A program made the position numbers and the translations under genes. From the NCBI RefSeq assembly GCF_006345805.1, contig NC_043001.1, positions 3,534,001-3,598,000 of the forward strand: DNA of 64,000 bases, given 5' to 3'. This stretch comes from Octopus sinensis (lineage: Eukaryota). Shown here piece by piece: positions 13,225 to 25,819 of this stretch; the first letter of the stretch is position 1; each line of letters begins with the position of its first letter. A model generated the notes under the pieces. It saw nothing but the letters and a program-made list of their open reading frames with translations, had not been told where the DNA came from and made no database searches.

Positions 13225-13600
13225 AGCGTATGGCTGAGTGACTTGAGCGTTGGGTTCGCAATCATCGGGTAGTGAGTTCGCTTCCCGAACCGGGATGTGT
13301 GTTCTGGTCTTGAGCAAGTCACTTTACTTTTTGTTTTTCCATTTCACACATCTCTAGAAATGAGTTGCGACGTCACTGGCGCCAAGTTGTATCGGTGTTT
13401 GCCTTTCTCTTGGATAACATCGGTGGCGTGGAGAGGAGACGACGGTATGCATGGGCGATTGCTGGTATTCCTTCAACAACCCTGCGCAGGTTTGTATTTC
13501 GGGGGTGGGGGGTATACCTTTCTAGGAGCAATCCCACGGCCATTCATGAACAAACGGGTCCTTTACACATTACCCCTTTTCTGAAACTGGGTGACGCTAT
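13225..13600 (+). mobile_element. tRNA/CORE-type SINE of a third family
   Basis: gcgtatggctgagtgacttgagcg (A-box-like), gagttcgcttccc (B-box-like), CORE-like cttgagcaagtcactttac. Confidence 0.6.
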
Positions 13601-13714
13601 TCTTTGGCGATGGAAAATTCTTTTTAATAAGTACCGGAAAGCAGAAACGATCAACTGATGCCTGGGCAGAGGTCTTTAGTCGTTGCCACCTATTTATATA
13701 TTAACTAAAAAAGA

Positions 13715-14130
13715 CGGCGTTGAGCTGGCAGAAACGTTAGCACAGCGGGCGAAATGCCTAGCGGTATTTCGTCTGCCGTTACGTCCTGAGCTCAAATTCC
13801 GCCGAGGTCGACTTTGACATTCTTCCTTTTGGGGTCGATTAAATAAGTACCAGTTACGCACTGGGGTCGATATAATCGACTTAATCCATTTGTCTGTCTT
13901 TGTTTGTCCCCTCTGTGTGTAGCCCCTTGTGGGTAGTAGAGAAATAGGTATTTCGTCTGTCGTTACGTTCTGAGTTCAAATTCCGCCGAAGTCGACTTTG
14001 CCTTTCATCATTTCGGGGTCGATAAATAAAGTACCAGTTTCGCACTGGGGTCGATTTAATCGACTTAATCCATTTGTCTGTCCTTGTTTGTACCTTCTAT
14101 GTTTAACCCCTTGTGGGTTGGAAAGAAATA
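13715..14130 (+). mobile_element. MetaSINE-like element with head plus two about 180-bp tandem bodies
   Basis: ggcgttgagctggcagaaacgttagc then ggtatttcgtctg.cgttacgt.ctgag.tcaaattccgccga.gtcgacttt...aaagaaata repeated twice. Confidence 0.85.
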
Positions 14131-14523
14131 TATCCTTTGTGTGAAAAGTCTGGCTGCATACACGTTAGCATATGTCAGATGCATCCAATTAACAATACAG
14201 TTAATTAAGATTTATTCAGTGAGTTCTATTCAACACATGTTTACCCGTGGAATCCATTGATGAAGGCATTTTCAAAGTCTCGGCCGATAAAGTTGAACTG
14301 AAAAACCCTACAACGAGGCATGAATTGCACGATGCCGTCTTGTAGTCTTGGGAAGAGCTATCTGAGCGGGAAATTCGTGGATGTATTCAACATCAAACTC
14401 GTGTTCGACGTCAAATAGTTGACTGTCGTGGTGGTAACAGATTCGTGTAATAAATTTTGTGTTTATTTTTGTTTCATAATATATATTTTTTTCGGATGCA
14501 GCCAGACTTTTCACATAGAGGTA
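14131..14523 (+). mobile_element. Internally deleted Tc1-like transposon
   Basis: About 28-bp imperfect TIRs (core tgtgaaaagtctggctgcat / atgcagccagacttttcaca) in TA context; internal peptide NP(I/L)DEGIF...NPTTRHELHDAVL*SWEEL...DCRGG matches the Tc1 C-terminus. Confidence 0.75.
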
Positions 14524-14697
14524 TATATTAACTACAAAAAATTAATTTATGAGGGATAGTAAAGGAACGGTAAATCTGAAATAGTGGAATTGCAAGGGTT
14601 TATTTCTTTTGAATATATCAAGAACGAATTTAATATTATGCAGACAATCTAGTCATATTTGGGTGTATATATATGTTTGTATACAGCTGTATTTGTA

Positions 14698-14757
<60 letters not shown>

Positions 14758-15295
14758 TTAGAGTGTGCGCATGTGCGTATGTATGTGTTTGTGCATTAAG
14801 ATAGTTGTGTGGAGTTGTACAGTTGGAAGATTAATATGTTTGGATTAGAATCATAAATATTTAAGTCACAGAATTCTTAAAATACTATTTTGTTCCAAAT
14901 AACTCAGTTAAATATTTAACAAAGCATTTTGTACAGTTTCTAGACTTAAATTTCATTATTTATTTCCATGTGTTTTTCAGATTTTCTTGTGCGCATGCGT
15001 ATGTTGGATAGTGTGTGTATGAATGTGTGTATGTGAGTTTCATTCAGTGCGTTTCTGTTAAGCTGAAGATTTTATTATGTACTTTTAGGAAATATGATGG
15101 TATGTGAATACATCATTATCCTCCTCCTCCTCCTCATCATCATCACCATCCTTCAACATCAATGCTCTATTCTCGCTTGAGTCGGATATATTGTTGGAGA
15201 ATTAGAAATTAAAACAACTTGCGTTATGTCTTTTATAATACATACTAAATAATTCCGTTAATATATGCCAGAATATATCAAAGAGTATATATATA

Positions 15296-15447
15296 CATAC
15301 TCTTTTACTCTTTTACTTGTTTCAGTCATTTGACTGCGGCCATGCTGGAGCACCGCCTTTAGTCGAGCAAATCGACCCCAGGACTTATTCTTTTGTAAGC
15401 CCAGTACTTATTCTATCGGTCTCTTTTGCCGAACCGCTAAGTAACGG
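15296..15447 (-). mobile_element. 5'-truncated 3' module of the OR2-like SINE with (TAAAAGAG)n tail
   Basis: Reverse strand ccgttacttagcggttcggcaaaagagacc...gtcaaatgactgaaacaagtaaaagagtaaaagagt. Confidence 0.9.
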
Positions 15448-15689
15448 TTATATATATATATATGTATATATATAAACGTGTTTTTGAAAGTATGAATGGA
15501 AGTGTGTATGTATGTGTATATATATTTGTATGTGTGTACAAATTATGTGTGTGTATGTGTGTGGAGGGCTCTAAATGCCAATTAAATCTTCCAATAGTAA
15601 AAGCCGCCACTTGTCTGCAACACGTATGTTATTGGGCATGTGTGTGTGTGTGTGTATACGTGCATGGTTGTCTGTCTGTGTGTCTGTGC

Positions 15690-16229
15690 CTAAATCTCAA
15701 GAAAGTCTTTCAGTAATGTCAGTCTCCTCTTCTCAGCAACATCCATCTGGTTTTCCAAATCCCCTCTGTCTGTGATTTCAGCTCTCTCTATCTTCCAGGA
15801 AAAATTTTCAACCTCTGCCCCCAACTGAGCCTGTTGATATTCAAACAGCTCCTTTCTTGCCCCTTTATCCATATAATAGGCGTATGGGTAGGTGTACTGT
15901 AAAGTGTATCGGCACTTTTTCAACAGAGTTGCAGCATCAAGCAGATATTGCCAATCAATCCACGTTCCAGAGTTATTCATCACCTTGTCTTGGATTCTAC
16001 TTTTGATGCTAGTCAGGGTCTGTTCTTCAAGTTTAAGACTTTTGGCATGATTATCCCACCTTTCAAAATAGAAGAGGTATTTCTTGAGGGCCTCCCTCGC
16101 TTGCGCATGGGCAGATTCATTAGCAATGTTGGGGTTTTCTTTGTAACGACTGCATTCGTAGTATTCGCTACCATGAGTTTTCCAATCTCCTAAACACATC
16201 CAGCAAAAATCATGTTTGCATCGTGAACA
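15690..16229 (-). pseudogene. ARIH2: Ariadne-2 RBR E3 ligase, C-terminal part (RING2 end plus Ariadne domain); intronless, 5'-truncated probable retrocopy
   Basis: [33 protein letters not shown]...[17 protein letters not shown]...GTWIDWQYL...[16 protein letters not shown]...[12 protein letters not shown], closely matching recalled vertebrate ARIH2; no ATG or splice acceptor upstream; QAQLGAE and ENFSW differ from recalled QAQLEAE and ENLSW. Confidence 0.85.
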
Positions 16230-16336
16230 GTCCACTTTTTGGCTTGGGGCTGTGGGGCTCTGACATATATATATAAATATGCGCGCGAGCGTGTGAATGG
16301 CTATGTATATATATATATAAATATATATATATATAT

Positions 16337-16370
<34 letters not shown>

Positions 16371-16427
16371 GTGTGTGTGTGTATTTATCTATCCGTACGT
16401 GTACTCAGATATTTCCACATACCTATC

Positions 16428-16461
<34 letters not shown>

Positions 16462-16557
16462 TAAATAAGCGTGTATAGAGATTTATACGTAGAGAGAAGA
16501 TTCTTGAGAGGACATCATACATGCTAAAGATGGCAGTTAAATAAATATATATTGTTT

Positions 16558-16760
16558 TATTCTTTTATTTCTTTCAGTCATTTGACTGTGGCCATGATGG
16601 AGCGCCGCCTTTAGTCGATTTAATTGACATCAGGACTTATTCTTCATAAGACTAGTGCTTATTATATCGGAGCGTAATGCTGAACCGCTAAATTACGGGG
16701 ACGTAAACACGCCAGCATAGCTTGTCAAGCGAAAGTGGGGGCGACAAACAGACACGCGCG

Positions 16761-16848
<88 letters not shown>

Positions 16849-17010
16849 CGATGTACGACGGGCTTCTTTCCGTTTCCGTCTGCCAAATTCACTCATAAGG
16901 CTTTGGTCGACCCGAATCTATAGTAGAAGACACTTGCCCAAGGTGCCACGCAGTGGGACTGAACCCGGAACCATGTGATTAGGTAGCAAGCTTCTTACCA
17001 CACAGTTACA
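16558..17010 (-). mobile_element. Near full-length OR2-like SINE
   Basis: All modules present on the reverse strand, including gttccgggttcagtcccactgcgtggcaccttgggcaagtgtcttctactatag. Confidence 0.9.
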
Positions 17011-17044
17011 CATGCACCTATCTTTACACACACACACACACACT

Positions 17045-17080
<36 letters not shown>

Positions 17081-17084
17081 AAAG

Positions 17085-17358
17085 TAATATTCGTAGTCAC
17101 TTTAACATGGCAGTCCTTTCGAGCGAACTATACTGCGGTCTTTTAACTCCAAGAATATATTTCCTCTAACTGGTTAACGATGCAGAGCTACATCCGATAA
17201 AATTGCAGCCAAGGGAGCGAAACCCTACGATCGATCTCCCAGCGACTGGACCAGTAGACAAGTCCTGGTTTCGAGTAATTTCTCTTGGGGCTAAAAAAAA
17301 AAAATCGCAATAGAGTCCGCTCGAATGGACAGCCATGTTAAAGTGGTTACAAATATTA
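17085..17358. mobile_element. MITE with long (about 60-85 bp) imperfect TIRs, TA-flanked
   Basis: taatattcgtagtcactttaacatggcagtcctttcgagcg pairs with cgctcgaatggacagccatgttaaagtggttacaaatatta. Confidence 0.8.
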
Positions 17359-17455
17359 ATTGTCAGTACAACTACTTCATTGATCTCTTAGAGAGATTTT
17401 AGAACTATATGCACACTCCTTTTTCCAACTTGTTTCACATTTATGTGCTTATTCC

Positions 17456-17527
<72 letters not shown>

Positions 17528-17735
17528 TCTTTATCTTTTATTAAACTTTTAATACTTTTGATATATATTTAAAATAATATAAATTAATTAATTTTATGTA
17601 TTGGCTTATGTTTTTCATTGTTTGATTTGCCTAATACTGGTTTTATCTCTAATTTAATATAATATATATATATATATGTATGTGTGCGTGTGTGTGTGCG
17701 TGTATGTGTGTGTGTGCGTGTGTGTGTGTGTGTAT

Positions 17736-19032
17736 TAGAGTGGAGCGAAATTGGTCACCAAGAATTGCCCTTTTATTGCGAATTAGGGTTAAAAGAAAGG
17801 TACATAAAGAACTTTGTGGTTGAAAATTTTTGGGGTCCGCAACGCAATTGCAAATTTTAAAAATCTTTACTTTTGGTCGAATTTGGGATTTCCTGAGCCA
17901 CATGGGAAACTAGTATGGAGGCGCATAAAGCAGGCTCGAACTCAGCATAAAGAGAAATCTGTGTGATCTTCCAAAATACTACCCGAAACTTTGTTGCTTT
18001 AAACTACTTGGACATAATCAAGAAGCAGGGTACTATTGTTACTGAACCACCTCAAACACAAGCATTTCCCGATGAAGAAATCGATACCTTCATTGAACAG
18101 CAGCATTCGATGCAACTGGAAAAATTACCGTGCCACACCTAAGCTAAGGAGAGCTGCGTAAAACTCGTGACAGAAGCATCATCTAAAGTTTGTGGTGAGA
18201 ACAGTCGAGACGGTCTCATTAGGAGTTGAATCGAATGAAGAAGAAAAATTTCGGTGTCCGAGATGAAACAAAAAAATGATTTCAAATTGAAAGGTAATAC
18301 AGCAATAATCAATTAGAATTATTTGGTTTTAGCCATTTTGAAGATAACAAACTGATAGTATTATGTCGTTTTCGGAATCTCCAAAACAACAAATCTTTTA
18401 CTGTTCTATTCTGTATTTAAGAATCAGATGCAAATTCTTGTCTACGAAAAAGATTAATTGTTTTTATTACTGGAACGGAAAGGAATGCACAGCAATTCGT
18501 ATTATTTAGTTACCCGTAATTATTTCGAATAAATTGGAAATGTTAATTATTCTTATCCCCCAAAAGGTGTCAAGAATCGAAAATTAATCTACACGTAATT
18601 TTATGACAATGTGTGTGTAACCTAGGCCTCATGTAACACATATATTCGGTAACATAGTATTAAAAAAATAAAGAAAATGAAGAAAAGTCTATTTATTTCA
18701 TATAATTTCGAAATTTCAAGTGCCTTGCGGCGCTTAAAGATACAAATTGTGGTGCTTGAGGTTTTATCGCTCTTCATTTTAACAAATTTTGCAAAGGAAA
18801 ATCGATTCGTACCAATGAAAGTAAAAATTAAAATGAAGAAAGGCAAACGTGTTTTACATTGATTTTTTCGCTCATTATTAAAAATTTCAAGTATGCTGCG
18901 AAGCTTGAAGATGTAAATTTAAAAACTTCAGATTTTAACAGAGTTGTTTTTAAAGGGTTTAGCAAAAAAAAAGAAATTCTTAAAAACTTATTTCGAAAAT
19001 CTGTGTAAGAAGCATCATTTCGCTTCACCCTA
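17736..19032 (+). mobile_element. hATm-like DNA transposon, internally deleted
   Basis: TIRs TAGAGTGGAGCGAAAT and (rc) TAGGGTGAAGCGAAAT, 14/16 match; internal peptide EPPQT...LPCHT*AKESCVKLVTEASSKVCGENSRDGLIRS; no clear TSD; subgroup name is inference. Confidence 0.65.
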
Positions 19033-19111
19033 ATATATATGTTATATTTATGGCTGAAGAGCGTAGGCTCGAAACGTAAAAGACTTTCTCAACTCCCCGA
19101 GCGTCAAGCTA

Positions 19112-19173
<62 letters not shown>

Positions 19174-19274
19174 GATATATATATATAATAATAATAAATA
19201 TTAGGGAATAAATTCAAATTTACAGGGAAAAATCAGATTTAGGATTGAATCCAATTTTATAGTAAAATATAATA

Positions 19275-19550
19275 TAATATTAATTAGAGACAAAACCACT
19301 ATTATGGTAATCAAACAAAGAAAGACTTAATCCAATACACACACACACACATATATATATACATACATATACATACATATATATATATATATATACATAC
19401 ATATACATACATATATATATACATACATACATATACATACATATACATACATCTTAATTAATCTTAATTATATTAATTTATATAAATTTTTTTATGTATT
19501 CGATTAAGTCTTTCTTTGTTTGATTTGCATAATAGTGGTTTTGTCTCTAA

Positions 19551-19560
<10 letters not shown>
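19275..19560. repeat. Inverted pair of an about 65-bp interspersed repeat flanking a microsatellite
   Basis: taattagagacaaaaccactattatg..aatcaaacaaagaaagacttaatc and its reverse complement at about 19495-19560; diverged third copy at about 17595-17665. Confidence 0.85.
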
Positions 19561-19605
<45 letters not shown>

Positions 19606-20639
19606 AATAAACACATATAATTCATCACAGAGGCGTGCTTTTAGTGAAGAATTATAGGTGGTTATTGACTATATAAAATCTATTTCTCGGCATATTTGGG
19701 ATGGGAATTGTTTTCTTTTGCCCTTATTTATAAGTTGTATATATATATTAAATATACCAATTCTATTGAGATGTAAGGTATTATAAGAAGTGATATATAC
19801 CAGGCACTAACATTTATCCACCAACATAAACTATAAGCGCAGGCTCGTTTAAGGGCCTAAAATGTTTTTATTTGAATATATATGACTATAAAAGAGTAGC
19901 GTCTGTATTGACTCGTATACAGGAATGTATGCAACAATGTTAATACGTAATGACTTGGTTTGATAAATAATGTAATTGTTTAAATACAGCTGCATTATAC
20001 AAGAGTATATCTACAAGGAAATATGCATACACTAAAATATATAGACATACCTCAACCTGCAACAGGTAAATCACACAAAGAATTTTAAATATTCATACAT
20101 GTCTGCAGTCCTGTACCTACTCACTAAGCCACACACAGAAACATACAATTGTATACACATACCGACATACATATAAAATCATGCACACACACATATGCAC
20201 AAATGAACAAATGCATTCATAATATGAGCTACAACTACATCGCATTTTATAAATGCAAAGCTGTGTGTGTATGTGTGTGTATAGATACACATACTCACGC
20301 ACAAACGCACACACACACACACACATATATATACATACATATACATACATATATATATATATACATACATACATATACATACATATACATACATATACAT
20401 ACATATATATATGTATATATACGTAAATATACATATATATTATATATACATTTACATTCATTAAAGCGCGCGCACACGCACACATACACACACATATTAA
20501 GATATATATATTAAGATATATAGATATATATATCTTAATAAACAGATTTAGATGTGAGCTATTATAAGTTTCGTGCTTGGAAAGTACAATAATTGGATGA
20601 TCTTGCTTAGCAAGGCCGTGTACTAAACTGCAATCGTTC

Positions 20640-21130
20640 AGTCTTAAAATAATCATGGCTGCTCGCTAAAAGAAAGTGCGAAAGGTCCAGAAAAAGACAA
20701 AGAAACGAAGAAAAACAGAAAGAAACGAGAAAAGACAGCTTAGAGGGAAGGGTGATAATTGTTGATTCTGTAGATGGGGGATTGGCAATAGTTGGTGGAG
20801 AAAGGCTAACGTGGGGCCGTATCGACTGTGCCTCACCATGAATGCCTGGTCGAGTTGGGAAACGTGTCTTCCTGAAGTTATATTTTGAAGTGGGTGCCTA
20901 GTTTTTCTTACGTATGATAAGGTTTATATCTTATAGCAGAAATCGCAAGAAGCTTTTCCGAAACGTCTTTTCACGATTTTCTTATAGTTATGGCTATCAG
21001 GCAAATGCTTATCTACGAAGACTAAGAGGTTTCTATGTTTGTCTTCACATTCAAGGAGAATGTGTCGGGAAACCATATAATCCTTCTCGATCTTTAGACT
21101 TCGTTCTTTTTACACCTCAATATTCCGAGG
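20640..21130 (-). mobile_element. Penelope-like element fragment (RT/GIY-YIG linker)
   Basis: Minus-strand RRIIWFPDTFSLNVKTNIE / FVDKHLPDSHNYKKI matches the PLE motif IIWFNPPFS.NVKTNIG..F....DKHFP..H. Confidence 0.7.
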
Positions 21131-21541
21131 AGTGTGTGTGTGTGTTTGTGTGTGTTTGTGTGTGTTTGCGCGTGTGTATGTTTGTGTGTGTTTATGTGTG
21201 TTTGCGTGTGTGTGTGTTTGTGTGTGTTTATGTGTGTGTATGTTTGTGTGTGTTTATGTGTGTTTGCGTGTGTGTATGTTTGTGTGTGTTTGCGTGTGTG
21301 TGTGTTTGTGTGTGTTTATGTGTGTTTGCGTGTGTGTATGTTTGTGTGTGTTTGTGTGTGTGTTTGTGTGTGTGTGTGTTTGTGTGTGTTTATGTGTGTT
21401 TGTGTGTGTTTATGTGTGTGTATGTTTGTGTGTGTTCATGTGTGTTTATGTGTGTGTATGTTTGTGTGTGTTTGCGTGTGTGTATGTTTGTGTGTGTTTA
21501 TGTGTGCTGTTTGTGTGTGTTTGTGCGTGTGCGTGTGTGTG
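21131..21541. repeat. Compound (GT)n minisatellite with periodic TTT/TAT interruptions
   Basis: Direct reading; source of the V/C-rich ORFs. Confidence 0.95.
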
Positions 21542-22579
21542 AGGGTAATTTGAATTTTTCATTTTAATTCTTCACTGGAATGGTCATAGTCCAACTTAGT
21601 TTTATTTTGTATTGCTGAGCAGACAGAGGAAAATGTCTTGCTCGTATATTCCCTCTTGATATTTCTTTACCTGGAGGACCTTCGTAATGCCTACCCCTTT
21701 TACTGAATATCCTGGGTGTATTTTATTGTGGAAACTTAGAGACGTCCCTGATAAGACTACTTAGTCTTCTGAGCATTATGTTGTCTCTGTTTACTCAGAG
21801 GTTTTTTTTTTATCTCCTATAAGACTACAGAATGTTTTTTTTCGCTAACTTGTTTCCGTTTCTCCTCGGTAAATTCTATGAACAAATTGCTGGCCTTACC
21901 GTATCAGAGATGAGGGTAATAGAAGAGAGAACATAATGAGCGAAACAAAGTGAGAATAACAAGAGAGTAATTGCAGAATAGAAGCGATTAACAGAAAAGC
22001 CTGAGTAAACACAGAAAACCTCATTTCAGCTACAACGACAGGAACAAAAATCAGTGTGATTTCGTCATGTTTCAAATCTGAAGAAATTAATGGTACCACA
22101 CTTCTGGATGCACCAATGATTGTAAATATCACTAAACGCCACTGAAGGGAAGGACTTTACGAAGAAAATGCTCGGATCTTTCGGGTCAACAATATACGAG
22201 CAAAGAAAGAAATTATGGCGAGTTACATTTAAGGCTATTCTCTAAAACGTAATCACCAACAAAATACTAAGTGAAATGATGAAAATAGAAATATGACTTT
22301 TGTCATCTTAAAGATACGAAAGATGGATAGGAATTTCAGAACGTGTCACGTAAGTGGAATTTGCAGAAAAAGAATCAGAATGAAGGCGAAGAGTGTTGCG
22401 ATTTGCTGAGCAGCAAACACTGAGATGTTTAAAATAGGTTGAGTGGAGGAAAGAGAAGAATGGAAGAGAAAGCAAGTTGAAGAATGGGAAAGGAAGTAAA
22501 ACAAGAAGAAGGACAGCAGGAAAGATAGAAGGGGTTAAGGTTGACGGTGACAAAAAAGTGAGACAACGAGAGAGAATGC

Positions 22580-22629
<50 letters not shown>

Positions 22630-24107
22630 CGGACAGACAGACAGAGAGTCAGCAAATGGGAAAAGAGAGAGTGGTAACAACGAGAGCCAAAATATCTATT
22701 GATGACCAACAGAAGGATATTGTGTGCACTACACACAGAGAAACAAGGACACACAAACAGACACATAGAGGTGCAAACAGCCCAGAACCCACACAAACAC
22801 TGGCGTTACAAAATAACTCCACGGCCGAGAGTTTCAGGAAACTGTTTTCTAAGTGCCGCTTTCGAAAGTCTCAAATCTGAACAGACTTTGTAACTTCTGC
22901 AACGTATACTCATGTATTGAGTTTCATTTATTCCGTTTCTTCAGCTAAACTGATATATGTACACATCATCGTTATCGTCTTCATTTAGCGTCCATGTCCC
23001 GTGCTGGAATGGTTTCTATGGCTGGATGCCATTCACAAAACTAACTACGCTACAGCGTGGACTGTTCCGTTTTTGGATCACTTTCCACTCTAGAGGTCGC
23101 CATGAAGTTTGCTGGACTATGAGCCCTAGGGTAGGTCGAGGACAACTTCGTGCTCGGGGATGAGGGAATTACTAAGGAGAGACAGTAGGTTCTTGTAGAG
23201 GGATCTGCGAGGCTATTCACATCTCTTATGGTAAAAGGGGAGAGGGAAAAAAATTGGTAGGAGCTGGAAGAGCTAGTTTGTGTTGGTAATGTAGCCGGGT
23301 GGCCCCACAAGGAACAAGCTGAGTAGAAATGTATGGGTTGGGGGTCAGTGTACAAGCCTGTATAGGAAGAAGGAGAACGAGGAGTTGGGGAGGCAGAGTG
23401 CCAAAACGGGTGGTGTTAAAGGGTGGATGGGCAAAGATCCACGAGATGGCGAAGATAGAGGGATGCAGATGAATGCAGCATATATTATGGTATTACTTAT
23501 CTCTGAGTGAAGAGCATAGAGATGCTTAAGCATTAAGTATTCCCTTTATTTAAACACTTAAAAATGAATTTTTAAATGAATAGAAAGCAGTTTGCTTATT
23601 CTTGAAAATGATGAAAATATCAAATTAACCTAATGCAATTATTGACAATATTAATGAAGTTGTAAAAAATTATGTCACTATATTCAAGAGAATTTAAAAC
23701 ATGGAATTTCTTTTCATCAAAATGAAGTGCATTAAAGATCACTTGAAATGAAATCCCATCTATTAGACATAGAATTTCTAAGTATAATGACTGTATTATT
23801 AAAATTTCTTCCTATTTTTTTTTGTAGGTGAAGAGGGTTAAAGAATCATATAAATCCTTCCTATTTTCTACATTTCTTTTGTGAAGTAATCATCGTATGC
23901 TCTGTCGCCATAAATTCTCTGTCATATCACTGTGTCGATATTACAGAAATAGGTGCAAAGATGGCTGTGGGGTTAGACGTTTGCTTCCCAGCACCACGGG
24001 GATGGGTCTTCTGAATGGAGTTGGTAGACGGAAACGGAAGAAGAAGTACATTGTATATATACGTGTGTGTGTGTGTATGTTTACATACACACACATATAT
24101 GTATATA

Positions 24108-24219
<112 letters not shown>

Positions 24220-24575
24220 GTATACAGGAACAAAAATGCGATAGAGGACATAAAAACATTCGGGCAGATAGACGATGCAAAAGCAGAGAAGGGAAACAGC
24301 ACGGGTCATTAGTGGCTTTCTTTCCTCAGTCAAGTACCAGAAGTCACGACCATTTCGGGCAGTTACACTTGAGATAGTTCGGTCTGGTTGCCCCCCCCCC
24401 GCAAAAGTCTAAGCTAAGAGCATTAGACTCCTTTGTAAGAAAGCTAGCGAATGTGTTCGACAACAAAGACAAAACAAAGAAAACAACGACGGAGAACAGA
24501 GTACACGATATACGTATGTATGTACGTTTGTAAGTATGTATGTATGTATATATGTAAGCATGTATGCATGTATGC

Positions 24576-24630
<55 letters not shown>

Positions 24631-24638
24631 TATGTATG

Positions 24639-24850
24639 TACGAGGTCTAATTGTAAAAGAGTGACCTTGAAGTCTGCTGTGCATGCTCACCAAGTTTTAG
24701 CGTTCTACTTTATTTCTGCTGTTTACAGCAGTGCTTGGAAGAAAAGCGTGTAGCGTGTGATCGTCGCATTGATCATGACAGAGAAATTTGAGCGGAGAAT
24801 CTACAATTCCTGCTCGGCGATACCTGCTCAAAGTCCTACGCAAAGTTTTC
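24639..24850 (+). mobile_element. Mariner 5' end fragment
   Basis: TACGAGGTCT terminus; ATG at 24775 giving MTEKFERRIY, like mariner N-terminal M..K.EQR..IKF. Confidence 0.6.
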
Positions 24851-25099
24851 CAAATTTTTTTATCGTTCTCGACACAATCAAGGAGATCTTGGGCAAATGT
24901 AACTTACGTGTCTTTTTTGTCAGTTGAAATTTTTAATTTGCACACACACACACACACACACACATTTATATATATATAAATATGTGCTCTTGTGTGAGTG
25001 CTTGCCGCCTACCCCAGCATCACAACTTGTCTCTGTGAGTTTATACTACATGGCTCAGCAAACCAGACAGATGGAATAATTTCCTGGTTCAATAAATAA

Positions 25100-25700
25100 T
25101 AAGTATTGTTGTTTATTCGTACAAGTAAAATTCTTGAAGGTGGTGTCTGAACCCAGACATTTCTAACATTATGTTTAACTGGGTGAGGTTCTTCTCATGT
25201 GCAACCACACATGTCCACTTAGACATCAGAGTCAAGTAACCGAAATTTTCTCTCATCCAGACAAACAATTCCTGCTCAATCTGAAAACAGCTAAATGTGA
25301 CCAAATTGATAACCAGTCCATCAGTTTTTTTCCAAAGAAATTTCCATTGATTATCCTCCGCATCCCACTTAACAACTCCACTCAGTCTTTGATGTTGATG
25401 AGACCAGTCTGTATCTGATATTTCTGTGGAACGTTGTTTGAAATATTAACAGCAGTCATTTTCCTGCTTTTCATCAAAAAATGCTAAATGTATTACGCTG
25501 ACCTTTCAAAAGATTTTGCTAACCTTCGGATCAAGCATAGTCAGAATAACCACCAACTTTATAAAAAAATATCTAAATTAAGGTGAGTAGAATTTACTGT
25601 GTACCACAAACTAACGCATGGACAATTCTAGCATTTTTAGCCATATTGGGAGGCACTTCTGGTTACGATTGCTGATTACAACTCAGCTCAGGAGGATAAA
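25100..25700 (+). mobile_element. Degenerate pogo/Tigger transposase fragment
   Basis: tcagtctttgatgttgatgagaccagtctgtat = VFDVDETSLY (pogo F(N/D).DETGL catalytic motif), preceded by KKFP.II. Confidence 0.55.
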
Positions 25701-25744
25701 ATGAAAATAGTTATTCAGAGTACGTCTGAGCCACAGTATTGATC

Positions 25745-25788
25745 AGCCTATCGTCATCATCGTCATTGTCGTCGTCGTCGTCGTCATC

Positions 25789-25819
<31 letters not shown>

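Noticed and set aside
22905-22950. Minus-strand CTGAAGA...GAAAC-TCA-ataca-TGAGTA
   Set aside because: Stem III good but stems I and II do not pair
25512-25588. Exon ending AAG|GTGAGT
   Set aside because: Lies within the pogo/Tigger remnant; no supporting partner exon
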